Below, piece by piece: positions 1-9,785 of a stretch of DNA of 64,000 nucleotides. The stretch lies in contig CAXXOA010000002.1 of the NCBI GenBank assembly GCA_963666275.2, positions 928,001 to 992,000 on the forward strand. Direction: 5' to 3'. Both the position numbers and the translations under genes were made by a program. How positions within the stretch are numbered: the stretch's first letter is position 1; the number at the start of each line of letters is the position of its first letter. This DNA is from Oceanispirochaeta sp. (GTDB lineage: Bacteria; Spirochaetota; Spirochaetia; DSM-2461). The notes beneath the pieces were generated by a model. The model worked only from the letters and a program-made list of their open reading frames with translations, did no database searches and was not told the origin of the DNA.

Positions 1-1
1 T

Positions 2-721
2 CTGGAACGGGTTTCGTGGAATCAGGTTTTTTCCATGCCCGAAGGGACAAAAATGTATGTGAGCGGAGAATTGGAGTACCGGGCGGGGCGGTTCCGGTTC
101 CGGTCGGGAGAGACGGCACCCCTTATGGTTCTTGTCTATAATGAGAATCCCCGGTATCTGGTTCCCCGGGCTGTCTGGTGCGGCCGTCAGAACAATGAGT
201 TCTGGAATTTTCTGACCCCCTGGTCTCTCATCTCAGGAATCCTGATCCTGCTGATCCAGTCGGTTTACCTGCTTCAGAACAGCGGAAACTATCTGATTCA
301 GTTTTTTTGTATAGCCATGGCTCTCATTCCGGCTCTTCTTTTTCTGCCTCCGGGGGTCTTTCTGTTCAATCTTTACAGAAAATCCTGGGACACGGCCCGG
401 CGGTTCAGAGCGGAAAGGGATCTCATTCGGCTTTCTCTTCTTCCGGACAGGGGAACCGTGAAAGAACCCGCAGGGGAGGGATCCTTTACTGTGTACAGAT
501 GTCCCAGCGGATGGAAAAACCGCCGCAGAGAGGGAGAGGGTATTCTTTCGGAAATCAGCCCTCTGGAGGGCCGGGTCGAACTGCCTGAGGATCCGCATCT
601 GCTGGCATCGTACTGCCAGAAAAAGGCATTTCTCTATGAAAGTATTTCGGGAATTCTGGTTCTGACGGGTCTGGTTATGAACTTTATTCTTGTCTGGATT
701 GTTTTTACCTGGTTTTTTTAA
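2..721 (+). CDS. Hypothetical membrane protein, 5'-truncated by the window edge
   Basis: The frame is open from position 2 to the TAA at 719-721. It has about three hydrophobic segments and no motif I recognise. Confidence 0.7.
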   Translation: MERVSWNQVFSMPEGTKMYVSGELEYRAGRFRFRSGETAPLMVLVYNENPRYLVPRAVWCGRQNNEFWNFLTPWSLISGILILLIQSVYLLQNSGNYLIQFFCIAMALIPALLFLPPGVFLFNLYRKSWDTARRFRAERDLIRLSLLPDRGTVKEPAGEGSFTVYRCPSGWKNRRREGEGILSEISPLEGRVELPEDPHLLASYCQKKAFLYESISGILVLTGLVMNFILVWIVFTWFF

Positions 722-731
722 ATTGAAAAGC

Positions 732-752
732 AGACCGGCGCCGGACCGGTCT
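732..752. terminator. GC-rich hairpin between convergent genes
   Basis: AGACCGG-cgccgga-CCGGTCT inverted repeat between two stop codons. Confidence 0.45.
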
Positions 753-760
753 AAGGGCTT

Positions 761-1216
761 TTACTCCATTGATTTCTTTTTTGCAAAATTAACGGTCAGC
801 TTTCTTCCCCGGAAATCGATACCGTCGAGATTATCAATGGCTGTTTCTGTGGCCTGACTGTTGAGAGTTATAAAAGAGTAGTTATCAAGAATCTTAATAT
901 CCCCGATCATGCTTCTGTCCACTTTTCCTGTATTCACGAAAAGGTGGATCAGATCCTTCGGGTAGACTTTGCGGTTCCTTCCGATGCTGACAAAGAGTGA
1001 TACGCCGTTCTGTACGGTCCTACCTGTCTTTTTTGATGCAAATTCCTTGAGCATGTAGGCACTTACCCAGGATCTCATTGAATAAGGAACAGTTTTCTTG
1101 AATGCCTTTCTATAAGCGTTGAGAATATCCGGGTCTTCATTTTCTTTGACCCGTTTCAGTAGATTCTCAACAGCAGGCAGTAGGTCTTCAGGGTTAATAG
1201 TTTCATTTTTACCCAT
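761..1216 (-). CDS. DbpA RNA-binding-domain (RRM-like) protein without a helicase core
   Basis: C-terminal LFVSIGRNRKVYPKDL...IGDIKILDNYSFI...GRKLTVNFA matches the DbpA/DeaD C-terminal RBD pattern. ATG at 1216 has an upstream AGGAG. Confidence 0.8.
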   Translation of the reverse strand: MGKNETINPEDLLPAVENLLKRVKENEDPDILNAYRKAFKKTVPYSMRSWVSAYMLKEFASKKTGRTVQNGVSLFVSIGRNRKVYPKDLIHLFVNTGKVDRSMIGDIKILDNYSFITLNSQATETAIDNLDGIDFRGRKLTVNFAKKKSME

Positions 1217-1572
1217 GACTGATGTCTCCTGTTTGAATAAATTGCCGGTTTCTGCAGTTGAAAATCCCCTTTGGGATGGCAGCACTTGGGCGAACATAAA
1301 AAAAATGAAAAAAACGGGAGTTTAACAGGTCACGGTAATTTTCCGGCGCAATACCAAATTTTCTTAAGGGAGATGTTTCTTTAAATGATAAGGTCTGAAA
1401 AGAAGATTGACTGAAGTACAATTCTTTCAAAACGGGTCTTATGTTTAAACAAACTGTTTCTCTCCTGAGGAAAAACCTGTTGTTTTTCTCCGATTTTTTC
1501 GATAATACACTTACAATATATAGTGACACTCCATTTGTCAATTGTTTAGAGTTGTCTAATCTGGAAAGGGGT

Positions 1573-2796
1573 ATGTACTTGAAAAAAATAATCGCCTGTA
1601 TTGCTTTTGCCGTCCTGGCAGCCCTGCTGCCTGCTCAGACTTTCAGGTTCTCACAGCAGCAGGGTGATCAGTACAGGATCGTGGCAGAAGTCACCGAAGG
1701 GGTTTTTCTGGATGATCAGCTTCTGGGAGAGTCCTCCATCCTGAACAGGATTGCCGTCATGGTCACGGAATCGGATGAGTCGGGAGGGACTCTGAGCGTC
1801 AGATACAGTATCTCGGAAAAATCTCTTGATACGGGAGTGTATATATACTCTGCAGAGGATGCGGTTGAGTTCTACCGCTATAATAACGGGGAGTACGGAG
1901 ATATTCCGGAACAGGACTATCTGCCTTCTGTCCGGAATGTTCCTGTTTTTCCCGATTCCGATCTGGAGCCGGGAGATTCCTGGTCCGCCATGGCTGAAGA
2001 GGTTCATGACCTGAAGCCCTTTTTTGACATCGATTACAGGCTTCATATTCCCTTCCGGGTCTTCTATACCTACAAGGGGAAAGACACCTACCAGGGCCGG
2101 GAGGTCGATGTGATCCTGATCAACTATCATCTGTATTCAGATGTGGATGTTTTCTCTCTTCCTCCCGGAGCTCTGCCTTCGGGAACTGCGGATCTGCCCA
2201 ACGGGGTCTACGGGGATTTTGAGCAGACTTTTTTCTGGGACTCCCGGGCGGGGATTCCCGCTTATGTTACTGACAGATTCTCCATCAGCTACACTATGGA
2301 CTCGGGGCATCGCTACACTTTCAGGGGAATCTCCGAAGGGAAGGTGACCGAGGCGGATCAGTGGGAGAAAAAGAGCGTAAAGGAAGAGATTGAAACGGTT
2401 CTGGAGGATGAACATCTGGAGGATATTTCTGTTGAAATTTCCGATGAGGGTGTGACTCTCACCCTTGAGAATATACTCTTTGTTCCGGATGAAGCTGAAT
2501 TTCTACCGGGAGAGGAGGATAAACTGAAGGACATCGGCCGGATCATCAGCCGCTTTCCCGATCATGATCTTCTGATTACAGGGCATACCGCTTTTGTGGG
2601 GGCCAGGTGGGATGGGCAGCAGCTGTCGGAGAGGAGAGCCGGTGCTGTGGCGGAGTATTTCATGAACACGGGAATTAAAGATTCATCCCAGATGGTAATA
2701 AAAGGTATGGGGCACTCCATGCCTGTGGCAGACAACAGTACTGAAGAGGGAAAGAGAAAAAACCGACGGGTGGAGATAACCATCCTTGATAATTGA
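1573..2796 (+). CDS. OmpA-family (peptidoglycan-binding C-terminal domain) exported protein
   Basis: N-terminal signal peptide (MYLKKIIACIAFAVLAALLPA). C-terminal OmpA-like motifs ITGHTA, LSERRAGAV and NRRVEI. Confidence 0.88.
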   Translation: MYLKKIIACIAFAVLAALLPAQTFRFSQQQGDQYRIVAEVTEGVFLDDQLLGESSILNRIAVMVTESDESGGTLSVRYSISEKSLDTGVYIYSAEDAVEFYRYNNGEYGDIPEQDYLPSVRNVPVFPDSDLEPGDSWSAMAEEVHDLKPFFDIDYRLHIPFRVFYTYKGKDTYQGREVDVILINYHLYSDVDVFSLPPGALPSGTADLPNGVYGDFEQTFFWDSRAGIPAYVTDRFSISYTMDSGHRYTFRGISEGKVTEADQWEKKSVKEEIETVLEDEHLEDISVEISDEGVTLTLENILFVPDEAEFLPGEEDKLKDIGRIISRFPDHDLLITGHTAFVGARWDGQQLSERRAGAVAEYFMNTGIKDSSQMVIKGMGHSMPVADNSTEEGKRKNRRVEITILDN

Positions 2797-2848
2797 CCGA
2801 AAGATTTTTATCTTTTGAATAGGACTAGGAAGTTTGACTGGAGGGTGT

Positions 2849-3994
2849 ATGGCTAATATAGAGAAAAAAATAGATGAATTGAAAACTCTTGTAAGGGAAA
2901 ATCTTACAGAAAGGGATGAGATCTACCTTGCTCTGGGAGAGATTCTGCTGAAGAAGCCGCCGGAACTTCAGGAATCGGGTCTTCTGGAAGAACAGAGGTC
3001 CACAGCGGAGGAACATAAAAAAAAGATTCCCCTCCTCAGGGAGCATCAGGATGAGATAGAGAAGGGGGAAGAGGAACTGACCCGTCTCAAGGAGTCCGAG
3101 GGCAATCTGAAAAACAGAAAGTCCGCTGTGAAAGAGGAGATGGAAACCCTGGAGGAGTCTCTGGGAGAGAAGCTGTTCCATCTACTGAAGACGCTGGACA
3201 ATCCTTCCTGGAGCGTCGCCTATGAACCGGTGACAGCCCATATCAATAAGATGCGGGATACGGAATCCGATCTGTTTCAGAGTGAGAACCAGTCTTCCCG
3301 GAAAAATATATTGAACCATATGGTTTTCAAAGGAAAAAAATCCCTTCTGAAAAGCAAGAAGAAAACCCTGGAAACCAGTTTGACCAGGCTTTATAGAAAA
3401 GGGTTTCAGGATGCTCTTGAACTGGGCGCCGGAGCCGGCGGTGCCGATACTCCCGACGGGGCCCTTCTGCAGCCCTGGTTCCGGGCGGCGGAGGAGATGA
3501 AGACGGTTCTCAGGGATGAAGAGGAACTGGAAAACAGAAAACGCCTTATCAAGGATCAGCAGAAGGAGCTGTCTCAGGGGAAAGGCCCGAAAAAACGCAT
3601 TGAAGCACTTCAGAAAGAGATAGAGAGAGAAGAGGAGTATCTTCAGGATTCTCTTATCAAACTGGGTGAAAGCGCCTGTGGAAACCGCTCTGTGGAGCTT
3701 AAAAAATCCAAAGAGATCAAATCTCTGTTTACAAAAATTGATGATTTAACAGAAGCCGGGGTGGCTCTTAATCTGGAAATAGAAAAGTGGCAGGCCCGGA
3801 TTGAAATCCGGAAACTTGAAAAAGACAAAGAGTATATGACCCGGAAAATCGATAATCTGGAGGAGGAAATCCAGGCCCGCCGTCAGGAAATAAAAATTCT
3901 GAAGAGGGACATTGGCAAAATCGTAAAGGATATTGAAAAGAAAGAGGAATTCTCTTCGGATCTTCCCGAACCCGAAGAAAACCCTGAATCCTAA
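2849..3994 (+). CDS. Hypothetical coiled-coil protein
   Basis: Long E/K/L-rich heptad-like ORF with GGAGG upstream of ATG 2849. No catalytic motif. Confidence 0.75.
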   Translation: MANIEKKIDELKTLVRENLTERDEIYLALGEILLKKPPELQESGLLEEQRSTAEEHKKKIPLLREHQDEIEKGEEELTRLKESEGNLKNRKSAVKEEMETLEESLGEKLFHLLKTLDNPSWSVAYEPVTAHINKMRDTESDLFQSENQSSRKNILNHMVFKGKKSLLKSKKKTLETSLTRLYRKGFQDALELGAGAGGADTPDGALLQPWFRAAEEMKTVLRDEEELENRKRLIKDQQKELSQGKGPKKRIEALQKEIEREEEYLQDSLIKLGESACGNRSVELKKSKEIKSLFTKIDDLTEAGVALNLEIEKWQARIEIRKLEKDKEYMTRKIDNLEEEIQARRQEIKILKRDIGKIVKDIEKKEEFSSDLPEPEENPES

Positions 3995-4701
3995 ATGTGA
4001 AAAAACTTCGCCAGTCTGGATTTTTTTTTCCGGTAATGGAGATAGAGAAGCATACCGCTTACCGGGATAAGAGCGGCTATCACAATAAGCGACCAGCTCA
4101 TTCCCTGATGTCCCATGACAGAACCGGATACTATGAAGTCGGTAACGCCGCAGAACACCCCGATCCCCAGAAGGATGAACCCGGCAATATTGCCTCCTTT
4201 CCTGGCTGTTCTTCCGGATAGAGTGACAATAGCCTGGGTGATGACAGCCCCTGTCAGGATGATGGGGAAACTGAGCTGGAATACCCGGGAGGATAGATCT
4301 GTGAAGAGGGATAGTGAGGCAAAGACTCCCCAGAGAACAATCGTCTCACTCCAGATAATCAGATTGGATTTTGCCGGTTTTGTAATGGGGACAATGGTGA
4401 GAAGCCAGCTTCCCACAAGGCCTATTATGGGGTAGATCGACCAGCTTATACTTCTGGTCAGAACGATATCAACCGAGAGGGTTATCATCAGGGGGATTAA
4501 GATCCCGAAGCTCGTTATGGAAAAGGCTATTCGGATTTTCTCCCTGGGGCTCAGCCGGGGAGCGGCCGGATTGAGCTGATCGGTTGGAAAGTCCCTTCCC
4601 GGCTCGGGCTCTTCGTAGAATTTCTGGATGGGGGAGTGGCACAGAGGGCATTTGGCAATCTCATCATTGACTTCTACTCCGCATCTTGAACAATAGGGCA
4701 T
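3991..4701 (-). CDS. Zinc-ribbon multi-pass membrane protein (DUF6320-like)
   Basis: N-terminal CxxC...CPLC, about six TM segments, C-terminal 'KFFHI'. This is the architecture of the DUF6320-type family. Confidence 0.7.
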   Translation of the reverse strand: MPYCSRCGVEVNDEIAKCPLCHSPIQKFYEEPEPGRDFPTDQLNPAAPRLSPREKIRIAFSITSFGILIPLMITLSVDIVLTRSISWSIYPIIGLVGSWLLTIVPITKPAKSNLIIWSETIVLWGVFASLSLFTDLSSRVFQLSFPIILTGAVITQAIVTLSGRTARKGGNIAGFILLGIGVFCGVTDFIVSGSVMGHQGMSWSLIVIAALIPVSGMLLYLHYRKKKSRLAKFFHI

Positions 4702-4716
4702 ACAACCACCTTTTTA

Positions 4717-6021
4717 TTAATCTAACCTGTTACTTTCAATTTTAACGGGTATATCCATCTTTCTCAGGGATGTGAAAAAAATCCTTTCAATTTCTGTATC
4801 CTCCACAAGGCTGCCGAAGGATACATGCAGTCTGTCCTGCCAAGAAACAGCAGTACATTTGATCCTGTTTCCCTTACTGGGGGGAGGATAGAAGTCAAAT
4901 CTTTCCACATGGGGACACATCTCCCCGGGCAGCTCCATTCTGCCCAGATTGCTGAAACCGCTTGTATAGTTTCTTTCCCCCATAAACTGGTAGAGAACAG
5001 GGAGGACCAGGTCTTTCAGCAGCAGCGGGAGTAATCTGTTGACAATGTTGATCTCCCCTTTTATGTTCCGGCTTATCTGCTGATTGAGAAACCTCCTGTC
5101 CACCTCATAGCGCATGTAGTGATGAACTTTGGCAGCGATCTCCTCCAGGGTGTAGACTCCCAGACGGGGGTCTATCCAGGGTTCCACCGAAAGAAAAAAG
5201 TTCCGCATGGTTCCCGATGGATAGAGATTCCTGAGATTGACGGGAATATTCATCCGTATGGGTTTTACCCTGCCGGGCCTTTTTATGTGGTTGATTATGT
5301 ACTCCTGAAAGCTCAGGATCAGAAGGGCTATCAGGAATTCACTGATACTGACATTCAGTTCTTTCGCCCTGGTTTTTACTTTCTCCACAGGCATGATCCC
5401 TGTTGTCAGATAGTAGCGGTGGGGGGGTATCAGTTTCTGATGGAGATGGAATGCCCGGGCTCCCCGGGAGGGTTTGGGAAGCTTCGGGTTGAAGTACTGC
5501 TTGAAGGCGTCCTCTTTTTCATCCTCTGCCGGTGGTTCCTCCAGGGAAAAGATTCCCCGCTCGGGATCCGCCGGGATGGTAACGCCTTTGAGCCTCAGGT
5601 ACTCTGCCGCCAGGGTTTTCAGGTAGATGGAGGCGCCCGTTCCGTCAGTCATTATGTGGGAAAACTCAACAGCTATGCGGCATTTATAGGCCCTCACCCT
5701 GAAAAGGAACATCCTCTTTTTTTTGATAGGCATTCTCATACAGGGATAAAGGGAGTCCCCTTCTATCCTGGGAAGCCTCGGGTTGGTGTCAAGGTAGTAC
5801 CAGAAGAGGCCTCGTCTGAGAGACACCTGATAATAGGGGAACCGTTTAATTACCCTGTTATTGGCTTCTTCCAGCAGATCAATATTGACGGGCTCCTTCA
5901 GGGAGAGAGAAATTCTGAAAAGGCTTGTAATCCTTCTGGAGAGAATGGCCGGGTAGATCTTTCCGGCATTGTCGAGTTTGTACCAGTTGCTGTCCTGAGC
6001 CAGTTCCCAGGGGAGAGTCAT
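4717..6021 (-). CDS. CoA-dependent acyltransferase (alcohol acetyltransferase/condensation-domain-like)
   Basis: WYKLDNAGKIYP N-terminus, HxxxDG catalytic motif (HIMTDGTG), PVNLR and FSNLG motifs. Confidence 0.78.
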   Translation of the reverse strand: MTLPWELAQDSNWYKLDNAGKIYPAILSRRITSLFRISLSLKEPVNIDLLEEANNRVIKRFPYYQVSLRRGLFWYYLDTNPRLPRIEGDSLYPCMRMPIKKKRMFLFRVRAYKCRIAVEFSHIMTDGTGASIYLKTLAAEYLRLKGVTIPADPERGIFSLEEPPAEDEKEDAFKQYFNPKLPKPSRGARAFHLHQKLIPPHRYYLTTGIMPVEKVKTRAKELNVSISEFLIALLILSFQEYIINHIKRPGRVKPIRMNIPVNLRNLYPSGTMRNFFLSVEPWIDPRLGVYTLEEIAAKVHHYMRYEVDRRFLNQQISRNIKGEINIVNRLLPLLLKDLVLPVLYQFMGERNYTSGFSNLGRMELPGEMCPHVERFDFYPPPSKGNRIKCTAVSWQDRLHVSFGSLVEDTEIERIFFTSLRKMDIPVKIESNRLD

Positions 6022-6161
6022 GAGATCACCTTCGGTCTGGAAATCGATGGACGAATCTTCAGGGAATCGATAATCTGTCTCCTTTTAAAAACCAAGTGTA
6101 TCATAAAAAACTTTTCCGGCATATTGATCCCGGATGATTCCAGCGCCTGTTTTGCCTCCAG

Positions 6162-7028
6162 TTAGTTTGCAGCCTGTGATCTGTCAAAAAGGATGACAAC
6201 CAGGGGCCCCGCCAGGATGATCAGAGCGGCCGGATAGAAATACAGGGGCGGGATCTCTCCCAGAAACAGAAAGGACAGGACGGTGGCGGCAACAATCTGT
6301 GCCAGGTTGATGAGTGAGACGACCTGGCCTCTGAGCTTTCTCATTCCCAGGTTGTTTATGGTATGGCCGATGACTGTGCAGAGTACAGTCAGTCCGGCTA
6401 TGGAAACTATATCATTGATGCCCGAGGGGAGAGGATCTCCCTGATTGATGAATCCGATGATCAGGCAGAGGATCCCCCCGGTCAGGTATACCGGAACCAT
6501 ATAAAACCAGAGTGGGGATTTCTTTCTGTTCTTCTTTCCCAGGGCCAGGTAGAAAACAATGAGGATCATCGCAACAATGACCACGCCGTCTCCTCTGATA
6601 TATTCCGGGGAATAGCCGCTGTCTTTAAGTCCGAGAAAAATAACTCCCCCGACCGCAAGAACGCTGCCGACGATTTCCAGTGGTGTGATTTTCTCTCCCA
6701 CCATAAAATACATGAGAAAAGGCATAAAGACAGGGGACATATTGATCAGAAGTGATCCATGGCCTCCCGGTATCATCCTGGCTCCCATTGTCCAGGTTAT
6801 AAAATGAAACCCCAGGAAGAGGCCGGGCAGCAGGGACGGGATTATTTTCCGGAAGGTTACAGGCCCTTCCATTTTTCCGGCATCCCGGAAAAAGAGGGGA
6901 AGTGTTATAAGAGCCGCAAGAATCTGTCTGTAGGCTGCAAGAAAGATCGGGTCCATTGTGCCTATCTTAATAAAGACAACTGACGAACCGGCGGCCATAA
7001 CGCCTATGGCCATCATCATGTAGATCAT
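6162..7028 (-). CDS. DMT/EamA family transporter
   Basis: About ten TM helices in two repeats, each ending in GEK/GE-type motifs. Confidence 0.85.
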   Translation of the reverse strand: MIYMMMAIGVMAAGSSVVFIKIGTMDPIFLAAYRQILAALITLPLFFRDAGKMEGPVTFRKIIPSLLPGLFLGFHFITWTMGARMIPGGHGSLLINMSPVFMPFLMYFMVGEKITPLEIVGSVLAVGGVIFLGLKDSGYSPEYIRGDGVVIVAMILIVFYLALGKKNRKKSPLWFYMVPVYLTGGILCLIIGFINQGDPLPSGINDIVSIAGLTVLCTVIGHTINNLGMRKLRGQVVSLINLAQIVAATVLSFLFLGEIPPLYFYPAALIILAGPLVVILFDRSQAAN

Positions 7029-7222
7029 GCTGTGTTTTCCTTTCCGGGGGCATCGGGGTTATCAAAGGATAGCGATTCCCCCGGAAATTGGCAATAATGG
7101 AGAGACTTTTCAGATTTTCTGTAACCCCGGGTCTGGAGCAGGGTTTATGTTGTAGAACCGTTCAATTGGATTCTAATCGGCCCTTAAGGTTTTTCTCCTT
7201 TTTCCTTAGGGGCCTTCTTTAT

Positions 7223-7675
7223 TTATAAGACTTTCAGAACCGCCTGAGCATGATCTTTGGTTGTTACCTTTCTGAATACATGCTTTACCCTGTGTTCTTC
7301 ATCCAGAACAAAGGTGCTCCGAATAATTCCCATGGAGACTTTTCCGTAATTCTTTTTTTCTCCCCAGGCCCCGAACTGCTGGATGACCTCTTTTTCCGGA
7401 TCACTTAAAAGGATGAAGGGCAGTTCGTATTTGGTTTTAAAATTCATATGGCTCTTCCGGGAATCTTTGCTGATTCCTATTACCACGGCGTCCTGTTCTT
7501 CAAAGGCGGGGAATTCATCCCTGAAACTGCAGGCTTCTGTGGTGCACCCCGGGGTATTGTCCCTGGGGTAGAAATAGACAATAACTTTTTTTCCCCTGAA
7601 ATCATTAAGGGATATGTTGTTTCCGTTTTCATCGGATAATGTGAAATTTTCCACCTGATCGCCAACTTCCAGCAT
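7223..7675 (-). CDS. bcp: Thioredoxin-dependent thiol peroxidase (BCP/PrxQ)
   Basis: YFYPRDNTPGCTTEACSFRD peroxiredoxin motif. Confidence 0.95.
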   Translation of the reverse strand: MLEVGDQVENFTLSDENGNNISLNDFRGKKVIVYFYPRDNTPGCTTEACSFRDEFPAFEEQDAVVIGISKDSRKSHMNFKTKYELPFILLSDPEKEVIQQFGAWGEKKNYGKVSMGIIRSTFVLDEEHRVKHVFRKVTTKDHAQAVLKVL

Positions 7676-7786
7676 CTTATACTCTCCTGATCAATTTTTT
7701 TTCTGTTTATAAATATAAAGAATATAGGTGGAAATGAAAAATTTATTGCTTTGAAAGCGTAAAATAGCCATATCTGAAAGCTAATA

Positions 7787-7815
7787 TTGACACAAATTCA
7801 AAAAATGTAAATAAT
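7787..7815 (+). promoter_or_regulatory. Putative sigma70 promoter of the fab operon
   Basis: TTGACA(7787-7792)-N17-AATAAT(7810-7815), 6 nt before the fabH ATG. Confidence 0.5.
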
Positions 7816-7821
7816 AAAATC

Positions 7822-8829
7822 ATGATAAACTCCAACAGAAATGCCGTTATTACCGGTATGGGGAAAGCCCATCCCCGCCGGAAGGTTACCAATGATGAGT
7901 TATCCCGGTGGGTTGATACATCGGATGAATGGATTGTCTCCCATACGGGGATTAAATCCAGATACCTTGTCAGCGGAGATGAAACCTGTTCATCCCTTGG
8001 TATTGAAGCGGCAAAAGCGGCTTTGGAACAGTCGGGAGTTGATCCGGACAAGATCAGCATGGTGATCTGTGCGACCTCCACACCGGATTACAAGGCTTTC
8101 CCCTCTACGGCAGCCCTTATACAGAATGCTCTGGGACTGAACCATTCAGGAGCATTCGATCTGGAAGCCGCCTGCAGCGGTTATACCTATGCCATGGATC
8201 TGGGTAGATCCCTGATTCAGTCGGGAAGTATGGATCATGTCCTTATTGTGGGAGCGGAAGTTCTCTCATCCATTGTGAACTGGAGAGACAGGAATACCTG
8301 TGTTCTTTTCGGAGACGGAGCAGGCGCTGCTGTCCTTTCGCCCACAGACGAGGACCGGGGAATCTTCCACAGTCATCTGCGGGCTCAGGGCTCAGGTGAA
8401 AAGGCTCTGATGGTGGAGAAAGGCGGTTCCGCTTCTCCCATCACGGCAGAATGGCTGCATGAGACAGAAGATCCGGCTCCCATGTATCTGTCCATGGATG
8501 GGAGGCAGGTATACAACTTTGCCGTAAAAGTTCTTGTGGAGACAATTGAAACCCTGCTTGAAAAAGCGGGAATTTCCGCAGATGAGCTGGACTATATTGT
8601 CCCGCATCAGGCGAATGTCAGAATCATTCAGGCAGCAGCCAAAAGAAGCGGAATTCCTCTGGAAAAATTTTATATAAATCTTCCCGAATACGGGAATACT
8701 TCAGCCGCTACGATTCCTATCGCTTTTAAAGAGATGGATGAGAAAGGGCTTTTGAAAAAGGGCCAGAAGATCATTACTATGGGATTCGGTGCCGGGTTAA
8801 CCTATGGAGGAAATTATTTAGTATGGTAG
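7822..8829 (+). CDS. fabH: 3-oxoacyl-ACP synthase III
   Basis: AACSG, PHQAN and GNTSAA catalytic triad motifs; C-terminal GFGAGLTYG. Confidence 0.96.
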   Translation: MINSNRNAVITGMGKAHPRRKVTNDELSRWVDTSDEWIVSHTGIKSRYLVSGDETCSSLGIEAAKAALEQSGVDPDKISMVICATSTPDYKAFPSTAALIQNALGLNHSGAFDLEAACSGYTYAMDLGRSLIQSGSMDHVLIVGAEVLSSIVNWRDRNTCVLFGDGAGAAVLSPTDEDRGIFHSHLRAQGSGEKALMVEKGGSASPITAEWLHETEDPAPMYLSMDGRQVYNFAVKVLVETIETLLEKAGISADELDYIVPHQANVRIIQAAAKRSGIPLEKFYINLPEYGNTSAATIPIAFKEMDEKGLLKKGQKIITMGFGAGLTYGGNYLVW

Positions 8830-9785
8830 ACAAAAAATTGGCAATGCTTTTTCCCGGACAGGGTGCACAGTACTCCGGAATGGGAAAAGACCTGTGGGAC
8901 CGGTATGACAGTGTGAAGTCCCTTTTTGACAAAGCGTCGGAAACAGCCGGCAAGGATATGAAAAAACTCCTCTTTGACGGCTCGGAAGAGGATCTCAAAG
9001 CTACGGAGAATACCCAGGTGGCCATTACTCTGGTCAACCTTTCGGTCCGGGCGGCTCTGCTGGATGAGGGATTCGTCTCAAGCTGCGCTGCCGGGGTCAG
9101 CCTCGGTGAATATTCGGCAATGGTCGATACGGGAATCCTCACAGAGGAGGATGCTTTCACCGTTGTTACAAGAAGAGGTGAGATTATGGCCCGGGCCGGC
9201 CAGCTGGTTGTAGAAACCAGAGGGGAAGCCGGGATGGGCGCGGTCATGGGGCTGGATTTTGAAACGGTCCGCACTGTGGTGGAAGCCTCCGGGAGGGACG
9301 ATGTGTTTGCCGCCAATAACAACAGTCCCGTTCAGGTTGTTGTCTCGGGAACAAAAGAAGGTGTCGCTGCGATTCAGGACTCTCTGAAGGAAGCGGGCGC
9401 CAAAAGAGTGATTCCCCTTAAAGTCTCTGGACCGTTCCATACTCCTCTTCTGAACAGCGGGAGGGAGGAGCTGAACGCGGTGGTTTCAAAAATTGAATTC
9501 CGTGATCCTGTAAAGGATTTCTATTCCAATGTTACAGGATCGATTGTGACTACAGGAGCTGAAGTCAGGGAACTCTGTATCGAGCAGATGGTAAGTCCCG
9601 TTCAGTGGCTTGTTATAGAGAAGAATATAGGATCAGCCGGAACCGAGCTGGTTGTCGAAGCCGGGCCGGGCAATGTCCTTACCGGTCTATGGAGTAAATC
9701 CGGAATGGAGCAGAAGTGCTGGACCTGCGGTAAGGTTGAAGGACTGGATCAATTTCTGGAAGCAGTGAAAGGAGACGCAAAATGA
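8823..9785 (+). CDS. fabD: Malonyl CoA-ACP transacylase
   Basis: FPGQGAQ, GxSLGEY and VSGPFH motifs. Confidence 0.95.
   Translation: MVDKKLAMLFPGQGAQYSGMGKDLWDRYDSVKSLFDKASETAGKDMKKLLFDGSEEDLKATENTQVAITLVNLSVRAALLDEGFVSSCAAGVSLGEYSAMVDTGILTEEDAFTVVTRRGEIMARAGQLVVETRGEAGMGAVMGLDFETVRTVVEASGRDDVFAANNNSPVQVVVSGTKEGVAAIQDSLKEAGAKRVIPLKVSGPFHTPLLNSGREELNAVVSKIEFRDPVKDFYSNVTGSIVTTGAEVRELCIEQMVSPVQWLVIEKNIGSAGTELVVEAGPGNVLTGLWSKSGMEQKCWTCGKVEGLDQFLEAVKGDAK

Noticed and set aside
5119..6165. 348-aa plus-strand ORF
   Set aside because: Antisense to the acyltransferase gene, with no independent coding evidence.
9092..9118. FabD active-site motif GVSLG instead of GHSLG as a sign of inactivation
   Set aside because: The catalytic Ser and the downstream Arg and His are retained, and this position varies naturally among FabD proteins.
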